From IMG/VR virus record IMGVR_UViG_3300033156_000312, positions 1-64,000 of that record: DNA of 64,000 nt. One strand, 5' to 3'. Below the pieces are notes generated by a model. The model was not told the origin of the DNA, searched no databases, and saw only the letters and a list, made by a program, of their open reading frames with translations. This DNA is from a virus. A program made the position numbers and the translations under genes. Positions 57,261 through 64,000 of the stretch are shown one piece after another (the first letter of the stretch is position 1; each line of letters opens with the position of its first letter).

Positions 57261-57545
57261 TTAATCATTTTTATGACGCTCCTCACAAATTGCATCTCTT
57301 TTAATTATCGCTTTTTCTATTTTTCCTAATCTTCTATAAACCTTTTTCATCTCTTCATAAAGTTTGTCTTTAGATTCATTACTTTCTTTTTGTAATATTT
57401 TTACATCTTCTATAACATGTTTTAAGTCATTTTCTCTTATTTTAGTTGACACTATCTTGCCCACTATAAAATTAAAAACACTGAAGAAAAATGATACTAC
57501 TGCTATTATAAAGCCCCAAAATCGCCAATCTTTTAGAATTTCCAT
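57261..57545 (-). CDS. Small single-TM coiled-coil protein (holin/XhlA-like)
   Basis: N-terminal TM followed by a coiled coil. Confidence 0.45.
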   Translation of the reverse strand: MEILKDWRFWGFIIAVVSFFFSVFNFIVGKIVSTKIRENDLKHVIEDVKILQKESNESKDKLYEEMKKVYRRLGKIEKAIIKRDAICEERHKND

Positions 57546-57546
57546 G

Positions 57547-58026
57547 TTATACTTCTATCCTCCCAAGACTACAGGTTAAAGTAAGAAGATGGCGGTATCG
57601 GTCATGAACATCGAGCTTACTTTTCTCAATATCGAAATCTATTGGAGTATCATCTATATTTGTTATTCTAATTCTTCCATTCGCCACTTTGCTCGTAATT
57701 TGTCCATTTGTTATCGTATAATCATAATAAGTGCATCCACTCTTTAATTTTTCTATCAAAAAATCTTTTAAATCCAATCTTTGTCCATCACTTTTCGCAA
57801 ATATATCTATTAATACTGACGGTGTTCTTACTGTAGAATTCCCACCGATTTCCGCTGGGTCATGAGATGTGATTCCACATCTTATACAAATAACAGGTAA
57901 ATCTATATTATAAACTCTTGAAAATGTTTTCTCTATATTGACATCACTCCAAGACCCAATTAATTCGCTTTCAAGATATTGTATAATACTGGCTTCGATA
58001 TTCCGAGATATTCTATATACTCCCAT
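57547..58026 (-). CDS. Putative tail terminator
   Basis: LPVI.I...IDIFA; size and position. Confidence 0.6.
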   Translation of the reverse strand: MGVYRISRNIEASIIQYLESELIGSWSDVNIEKTFSRVYNIDLPVICIRCGITSHDPAEIGGNSTVRTPSVLIDIFAKSDGQRLDLKDFLIEKLKSGCTYYDYTITNGQITSKVANGRIRITNIDDTPIDFDIEKSKLDVHDRYRHLLTLTCSLGRIEV

Positions 58027-58580
58027 TATTGTCCTCTTTTTAGTGCCTGTAAAATTTTAGTGAGTTCCAATTCCATTTTTACTTGACTCGCTTGTATATA
58101 GTTAATTGGTCTAATTGGATGAGTAGGCCATATTCCACTTCCTGCTCCAGATTGATAATCAAAATGTTCTCTTCCTTTGCCAGCATATTCAGCTTTTGGT
58201 CTTCCGTCTCCACCTCTAAAATAGCCAGGAACGAATCCGCCACGAGCTGGGATATATGGGCTTCCACTTACTGTTTTGCCGGAATTCACAACATACCAAT
58301 ATGGGGCTCTTGTATTTAATCTGTCCAAACTACCAATTCCCCAAAATATTCTTCCCAATCCTGCACCAGCTTCTTTTACAAAATCAACGGATTTTGCTAA
58401 ATTACCACTCCCACCTTCTCTTTTTCTATTAGCATTTATATATGATTTCATATATCGTAATGTTCTATAGCCTAACACTAAAGCTCGCTCTTGAAATTTG
58501 AACCAATCTTTTTGAACAGTTTCATCCCAGAGTTTCTTAGTCTTGAATCTGGGAGTTACTTTCATTTTAAATTCTGGCAT
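58026..58580 (-). CDS. Putative neck / tail-completion protein (HK97 gp10-like)
   Basis: SGNLAKS...APYW..VN.G; position. Confidence 0.6.
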   Translation of the reverse strand: MPEFKMKVTPRFKTKKLWDETVQKDWFKFQERALVLGYRTLRYMKSYINANRKREGGSGNLAKSVDFVKEAGAGLGRIFWGIGSLDRLNTRAPYWYVVNSGKTVSGSPYIPARGGFVPGYFRGGDGRPKAEYAGKGREHFDYQSGAGSGIWPTHPIRPINYIQASQVKMELELTKILQALKRGQ

Positions 58581-58770
58581 TTTCTATCTCCAATCCTAAT
58601 TTCAAAAACCCTAATTTTATTTGTGCTTTTTTATTACATTCTTCGTTGGAACAAATTATCAAAAATCTATTACTTTTATTTGCTATGCAGTAAGTAGTAG
58701 CTTGAGCCTTGCAAAAGAAACACTTATGTCGCTTAAAATAAGATTTATACTTCCTTTTTGATATAGACAT
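58567..58770 (-). CDS. Small Zn-finger protein
   Basis: CFFC...CSNEEC. Confidence 0.45.
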   Translation of the reverse strand: MSISKRKYKSYFKRHKCFFCKAQATTYCIANKSNRFLIICSNEECNKKAQIKLGFLKLGLEIENARI

Positions 58771-59098
58771 AACAACGAAGATAATTTCCTTCCTCTCTTA
58801 TCTGCATACGTCCTGAAACTTTCCATCCATAAAAAATTTCTCCATCTATCAAAATTTTATAAGAAGCTTCAATGAGAGAGCGATGTTTTTTTTCGATAAT
58901 TATCTCTTTTGCTTTAGTTACACTAATTCCTATCATTTTCCATTGAGCTTGTGTTGCAGTTAAATCAGAAACAATTGCTCTTATCGGAAGAGGATTTAAT
59001 TCGCTATAGTCAACATTTTTCTCGAAAGGGTCTTGAATTTCCTCTTGTGCCATTATAATCCCAATTGATTGTGCTTGTTCCTGAAATAATTTATCCAT
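58745..59098 (-). CDS. Putative head-closure protein
   Basis: About 120 aa beta protein before the neck and terminator genes. Confidence 0.55.
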   Translation of the reverse strand: MDKLFQEQAQSIGIIMAQEEIQDPFEKNVDYSELNPLPIRAIVSDLTATQAQWKMIGISVTKAKEIIIEKKHRSLIEASYKILIDGEIFYGWKVSGRMQIREEGNYLRCYVYIKKEV

Positions 59099-59101
59099 AA
59101 T

Positions 59102-61522
59102 TTAGTCCCAAAGTTCCGCCACACCGTGTAGCTTGAGTTTTTTATTGTTAAATGTTTGCATTTTCCATTTCATATTAGTGCCACTAATACCTGTTGTTTC
59201 AAATTCTTTTATACCACTTAATACACGTTTATTATTATCGTAATCGCCTTCATCTGTCAAAGTAACTTGTTCCCAAGTAGTTCCTCCATCTTTACTTACA
59301 TAAGCTTTTAGGTCTGTATTAATTGTAATTGTGTCAATATCTTCTTCAAATAACACCAATCGTGCAGTATCTGGTTCTGTATCAGCAGTAAATGATTCTG
59401 AAATTAAAATCATATTAGAAGGGTCAGATTCAGCGTATATATTATCTATATAGAAAGTATTAGTAGCATCTGCGTTAGTTACTTTAATTTTTATCCAGTC
59501 TATATCATCTTTATTAGCGTCTGAAATAGCTGATATATCCCAAGTTTTAGTTTCCCAAGTATTAGCTGAACTTACTGCTATATTATAAGTAGAAGTAGTT
59601 CCTCCACTATCGTGTATTTGTAATTGTAAATTAGTCCCTGTTCTTGAAGCGTATATATCAAATTTTATTCTGTCATATGAAGATAAATCTTTATAACTCC
59701 CAGTGCTATATTCGTGAGTAAGTGTTTCATTTAAAGAATCAGTAGCATCTGCAACTATTTTGAGAGAATATGAGCCTTGTTGTTTTATTGTTGATTCTGA
59801 ATATGACTGAAGTCCACCTTCTCCATAAGCTTGTGTTGGAACTGTTATAGTATCTGTATTACCAGTAGAAGGAGAAGCATTAAAGATATTAGAATGTTGT
59901 ATTCTTATTTCATCCATATAGCCATTAAAATAATAGTATCCTGGAATTCCCCCTATAAATAATTCATCCGCAATTGTCAATGTTGAATTATCTTGAACAT
60001 AGTTTACTTGATTACCGTCTTTGTATATAGCATATTCATTACCTACTTTACAAAGGGCTATATGATGCCAATTAGTATCTGTTATTTCTCCTCCATAACC
60101 TGTATTAATTATATCATCACTATCACGTAAACGAAATCTTATCCCACTTCCATCAGCATGATTAAATTGCCAAAAAGAAGTTCCATCTCCTTGTTGTATA
60201 TAAATCTCAGTTCCAGCATGGTCAGTATGTTTTACCCAAAAATCTATAGTCCAATCATCTGAATTTGAATCGCATATATCCCAATCTGCACTATCCGAAA
60301 AAGACATATAATCAGAATCACCATCAAATTTGTAAGATGCTGTGCCCCATTTTTTATTAGCAGTATCTAATTGCATAGTTCCATGAAATGTAGGAATATG
60401 ATAATTTCCACTTCCACCGTCCCCAGAAACATCTTGTGTATTCATATGCAATAATAATTTCGTATTAGAATCTGAACTATGTTCTGTTGTTGGAACTGTT
60501 ATAGTATCTGTATTACCAGTAGAAGGAGAAGCATTAAAGATATTAGAATGTTGTATTCTTATTTCATCCATATAGCCATCGAAAAAGTAAGAATAGCCTG
60601 AAGCTAAATTCCCTATTAATAAATCTCCAGCAAAAGTATCTATATCACTATCATTAAGATACCCTCCTTGTGTCCCATCAAGATAAATTCCGTAATCGTT
60701 TCCCACTTTACAAAGGGCTATATGATGCCAATTAGTATCTGTTATTGTCGAACCATTAAAATCAACAATCCAAACGTTTGCTGAACGTATCGCAAATCTT
60801 AATCCAGCAGTATCGCTGTGAGTTAAAATCCATCTATTCTCAACATCTTCAAACTGTGCCATGTAATATTGCAATCCAGTAATATTATTATGTTTTACCC
60901 AGAAATCTATAGTAAAATTAGTGGAAATATCCCAATCAGCACTATCAGGTATAGATAAATAATCACTATCACCATCAAAGTAACAAGAAGAAGAACCCCA
61001 CTTTTTATTGTCTGTTTTCAATTGTGCCGTTTCGTTTTGAGTTACTACATGTCCTGTATTTCCAGAATCTATAATTTCTTTTCCACCATCTTGACCATCT
61101 CCATGAAGAAGTAATTTTGTATCAGAATCTAAACCGCCAACTACAGAAGTTTCCCAATTTGCTTGTGCCGAAGCGTCAGAGGAATATTCGCAATAATCTA
61201 TTTCTAAATCTGCTATAGAAGAAGGTTCATAATAATCATCAGTAGAATTATAAGTTTGCCCTGAACTTCCACCTGTTCCAGTATCTACACCACTCTCATC
61301 AGTAAATACATCTCTAATACCGTCTATCATTTCATGTTTTGTAAATGAATTTTGAACAGCTATATCAAAGGCATTAAGCATAGTATTTAATTCTATTCTA
61401 TCCGCTATTTTAGCTTTGTTATTCTCTATTTTTAGAGTAAAATCATCTATTTTATCTGCCAGATAACCTGGAGATGTATCACTTGAATTAGCTTGAAATT
61501 TATTACTTTCATGTTTTGGCAT
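59102..61522 (-). CDS. Fibre/adhesin with two LamG (ConA-like) domains
   Basis: Duplicated TKLLLH...FDGDSDY...TIDFWV...WHHIAL...GYMDEIRI. Confidence 0.85.
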   Translation of the reverse strand: MPKHESNKFQANSSDTSPGYLADKIDDFTLKIENNKAKIADRIELNTMLNAFDIAVQNSFTKHEMIDGIRDVFTDESGVDTGTGGSSGQTYNSTDDYYEPSSIADLEIDYCEYSSDASAQANWETSVVGGLDSDTKLLLHGDGQDGGKEIIDSGNTGHVVTQNETAQLKTDNKKWGSSSCYFDGDSDYLSIPDSADWDISTNFTIDFWVKHNNITGLQYYMAQFEDVENRWILTHSDTAGLRFAIRSANVWIVDFNGSTITDTNWHHIALCKVGNDYGIYLDGTQGGYLNDSDIDTFAGDLLIGNLASGYSYFFDGYMDEIRIQHSNIFNASPSTGNTDTITVPTTEHSSDSNTKLLLHMNTQDVSGDGGSGNYHIPTFHGTMQLDTANKKWGTASYKFDGDSDYMSFSDSADWDICDSNSDDWTIDFWVKHTDHAGTEIYIQQGDGTSFWQFNHADGSGIRFRLRDSDDIINTGYGGEITDTNWHHIALCKVGNEYAIYKDGNQVNYVQDNSTLTIADELFIGGIPGYYYFNGYMDEIRIQHSNIFNASPSTGNTDTITVPTQAYGEGGLQSYSESTIKQQGSYSLKIVADATDSLNETLTHEYSTGSYKDLSSYDRIKFDIYASRTGTNLQLQIHDSGGTTSTYNIAVSSANTWETKTWDISAISDANKDDIDWIKIKVTNADATNTFYIDNIYAESDPSNMILISESFTADTEPDTARLVLFEEDIDTITINTDLKAYVSKDGGTTWEQVTLTDEGDYDNNKRVLSGIKEFETTGISGTNMKWKMQTFNNKKLKLHGVAELWD
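59834..60579. repeat. 92-bp perfect direct repeat (59834-59925 and 60488-60579) in the LamG gene
   Basis: tgttggaactgttatagtatc...catccatatagccat is identical in both copies; a second 42-bp identity lies at 60045-60086 and 60705-60746. Confidence 0.9.
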
Positions 61523-61528
61523 AATTTA

Positions 61529-61705
61529 TTACCTCTGCTTTGGGACTATTTGAATCATAGGAACTGTAATTAAATCTAAATCATATTTTTCAAGAATAGT
61601 TCTAATTTCTTTATCTGCTTTTTGTATCTTTTTTTGCAATAATTGTTGAGCTTTAATCTGTAACTCTTGTTCTGTTAAACGTTCACTTTTTTTCTTCTTA
61701 AACAT
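61529..61705 (-). CDS. Small coiled-coil protein (58 aa, not in ORF track)
   Basis: MFKKKKSERLTEQEL...PMIQIVPKQR*; GGAGG RBS. Confidence 0.55.
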   Translation of the reverse strand: MFKKKKSERLTEQELQIKAQQLLQKKIQKADKEIRTILEKYDLDLITVPMIQIVPKQR

Positions 61706-61716
61706 CTCCTACCTCC

Positions 61717-63306
61717 TTAAGTTAATTCTACTCCCACAACATCTCCACTTCCTCTTCTAAATAATAAATAAATACGATTTGAATCATCAGTATCTTTCCA
61801 TATTGCCATATAATCATCAGCATTTAAAGTTGGTTCAGAAGCTTGAGCGTATATTTTTATTTTTAATTCCCCTGTTATTTCTTGTTTTCCGTTTATTTTT
61901 ACATATTCATTATCAAATTCTCCATAAATTAAAGGAACAGACCCAGTAACCTTTCCATCATTTTCAATATATAACTTATTTGAACCTGTTTCATTATAAC
62001 CTGCATGATTTCCAATGAAAACATTCTTGTTACCTGAAATATTATTACGTCCTGACCCTGCACCTATGAACACATTATACTCTCCTTCTGTGTTCTGATT
62101 TCCTGCCGCATGCCCTACAAAAGTATTTTGCTGGCCTCCTATATTGTTTTCCCCTGCATTTACACCTATAAAAGTATTATAAATTCCTGTTGTATTAAGT
62201 CGTCCAGAGTATCTTCCTATAAACGTATTTCCATATCCAGTGCATCCTCCTGTAATATCTTGCCCTTGTCCTGCCGCATGCCCTACAAAAGTATTATACT
62301 CTCCTGTTGTATTCCAATACCCCGCCTTCATACCTATAAAAGTATTAAAATCGGCTATATTTTGACAACCAGATAACTGACCTACAAAAGTATTATACTC
62401 TCCTTCTGTGTTCTGATTTCCTGCCGCTTGCCCTATAAAAGTATTATGCTCTCCTGTTGTATTCTGATTTCCTGCTCCATGTCCTATAAAAGTATTGTTA
62501 CTTGCTATTGTATTTTTTTGACCTGACTTTACCCCTACAAAAGTGTTGTTATATCCTGATGTATTGTCTATACCTGCCCAAGCACCTATAAAAGTATTAT
62601 AATTGCTGGTAGCATTTTGACCTGCTCGTGCACCTATAAAAGTGTTATAAGTTTCTGAAGTAATTGCTTGTCCTGCATAAGCACCTATAAAAGTATTATA
62701 AATTCCTGAAGTAAAATTATAACCAGCTCTTATTCCTACAAAAGTGCCTTCAGTTCCCGTTGAAAGTCCACTTTGTCCTTTGCCTGCTTCTTTACCTATA
62801 AAAGTGTTCTTATCCCCTGTATTATATAATCCTGCTTCTTTACCTAAAACTATCCCATCTGTATTTAATTCTTTCAGGAAATCATAACCAGTGTATCTAT
62901 AAGCTCCTATTTTTAAATCTAAACCATTAGAATCGAATCTTGTTATCTCATTGTTATCTACTACATTAGTAATATAACTCCCGCCAGTTATGTCTACAAC
63001 TTCAACTTTTGAATCGTCTTCTTCTATTTTATCGGTATTTATTACAAGTGCTTCCGCTTTCCATTTTGAAGAAGCTGAATCATATCTCATTATATAATCG
63101 TCTTGAGGAGTTCCAGTATCAAAATCTACATCACTTAAATCATTCAATTGATTTACAGAGCCAGAACCAGCGACCCATTCAAATTTGCTTTGACCAGAAG
63201 CTTTACGAATATAATAATTATCCTGAATAGCATTAATAGCTTCAATATCATCTGGTAGAATACTTCTAATTTGAGAATGCCTAACTCTTGTATTTCTTTC
63301 CGCCAT
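61717..63306 (-). CDS. Fibre protein with 14-aa NTF(I/V)GxxAGxxNT beta-roll repeats
   Basis: About 20 tandem repeats; LNDLSDV motif near the N-terminus. Confidence 0.8.
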   Translation of the reverse strand: MAERNTRVRHSQIRSILPDDIEAINAIQDNYYIRKASGQSKFEWVAGSGSVNQLNDLSDVDFDTGTPQDDYIMRYDSASSKWKAEALVINTDKIEEDDSKVEVVDITGGSYITNVVDNNEITRFDSNGLDLKIGAYRYTGYDFLKELNTDGIVLGKEAGLYNTGDKNTFIGKEAGKGQSGLSTGTEGTFVGIRAGYNFTSGIYNTFIGAYAGQAITSETYNTFIGARAGQNATSNYNTFIGAWAGIDNTSGYNNTFVGVKSGQKNTIASNNTFIGHGAGNQNTTGEHNTFIGQAAGNQNTEGEYNTFVGQLSGCQNIADFNTFIGMKAGYWNTTGEYNTFVGHAAGQGQDITGGCTGYGNTFIGRYSGRLNTTGIYNTFIGVNAGENNIGGQQNTFVGHAAGNQNTEGEYNVFIGAGSGRNNISGNKNVFIGNHAGYNETGSNKLYIENDGKVTGSVPLIYGEFDNEYVKINGKQEITGELKIKIYAQASEPTLNADDYMAIWKDTDDSNRIYLLFRRGSGDVVGVELT

Positions 63307-63318
63307 ATATTCCTCTTG

Positions 63319-63513
63319 TTACAAATTTAAATTCTTTAAGATAAATAGAATTAACCTACTTAACTTCTTTAGATAGTTTTTAGCCGAATTAAGGTTAGTT
63401 ATATTATTATCAATATAATTATTAATTTGTTGTGGCGATAAATTATCAATCCAAGATAATTTAATTTCTCTTATCGCTTCTCGCTGTTTGTCTGATTTGA
63501 GTCGTTCTGGCAT
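63319..63513 (-). CDS. Hypothetical protein
   Basis: ORF in late operon. Confidence 0.5.
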   Translation of the reverse strand: MPERLKSDKQREAIREIKLSWIDNLSPQQINNYIDNNITNLNSAKNYLKKLSRLILFILKNLNL

Positions 63514-63514
63514 T

Positions 63515-63715
63515 TTATAGTTCCTCTCTTACAAATGCGGATATTTTAAAATCAAATTTATAATCCTGAAAGCACTTCTTACAAGTTACTTTATAACTGT
63601 TTAATTTATAGGTAAAATCATTTGAATTTACTTTTTCTGTTATTGGACTGATATAAAAATCATCATGTCCACAGAACCGACAATAAAAGTTCATTTTAGT
63701 AACTAAAGTGCTCAT
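63515..63715 (-). CDS. Small Zn-ribbon protein
   Basis: CRFC...CKKC. Confidence 0.55.
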   Translation of the reverse strand: MSTLVTKMNFYCRFCGHDDFYISPITEKVNSNDFTYKLNSYKVTCKKCFQDYKFDFKISAFVREEL

Positions 63716-63958
63716 TTATTTTTCTTCTTTCTTTTCTTCTGGGGGCATTAATAATTCATTAATAAACAGAATAATTCCTTCTAACTTTGCCACTTGAAAT
63801 TGTATTTGTTTTATTGCATTTTCGCCTTTTTTCTTTTCGGCTTTCGCCCACTTTAATTTACCTTCTATAATTCCACGAAGATTATTAGAGTCTATCTGGC
63901 GATTCTTTTTCATACGTTTTAAAGTTTCTTTCTGTTTTTTATTCATTTTTTTCCTCAT
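63716..63958 (-). CDS. Hypothetical coiled-coil protein
   Basis: AAGGAG RBS. Confidence 0.55.
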   Translation of the reverse strand: MRKKMNKKQKETLKRMKKNRQIDSNNLRGIIEGKLKWAKAEKKKGENAIKQIQFQVAKLEGIILFINELLMPPEEKKEEK

Positions 63959-64000
63959 TTTATACTCCTTACTTTAATAATTATAGTTAACGTGTTTTTG

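Noticed and set aside
59834-60579. Repeat pair as a DGR template and variable region
   Set aside because: The copies are identical, with no adenine-specific differences; both are inside one ORF, and no reverse transcriptase is in the window.
61985-62830. Roughly 42-bp periodic repeat (cctataaaagtatt...) resembling a CRISPR array
   Set aside because: It is the in-frame coding repeat NTFIGxxAG of a fibre gene; the intervening segments are also similar to each other, and no cas genes are present.
1-64000. Alternative genetic code, tRNA genes, integrase or repressor
   Set aside because: Long genes read intact in code 11; no tRNA-like arms or recombinase motifs were recognised by eye, although a tRNAscan run is needed to be certain.

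Overview
This window is part of an AT-rich, tailed dsDNA bacteriophage genome, probably a long non-contractile-tailed (siphovirus-like) phage, read in the standard genetic code. It has two convergent arms. The + strand (1-43.6 kb) carries early, replication and auxiliary genes. These include a PC4-like ssDNA-binding protein, a nucleoside deaminase, ribosomal protein bS21, a 5'-3' exonuclease, a Prim-Pol primase, RecA, DNA polymerase B, SbcCD-like nucleases, RuvC and Hjc-like resolvases, several HNH endonucleases with remnants, and an intein. The - strand (43.6-64 kb) carries fibre, head-tail joining, tail tube, chaperone, tape measure and tail tip genes. Two modules stand out. (1) A proteolysis cluster of ClpP, two membrane-anchored PDZ-less trypsin-like proteases and a PDZ-less RseP-type site-2 protease, matching the parts list of the DegS-RseP-ClpXP cascade. 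(2) An 8 kb glycan and sulfation cluster next to the tail genes, with a membrane-fused APS kinase, a candidate minimal ATP sulfurylase, two sulfotransferases, a cytidylyltransferase-methyltransferase fusion, LicD and four glycosyltransferase-like genes. Also seen: a duplicated sigma70 promoter, origin-like palindromes, an SbcD gene apparently split by a decayed HNH gene, and apparent avoidance of GATC, GTAC and CTAG. All calls come from motif recognition by eye; no database searches were run.
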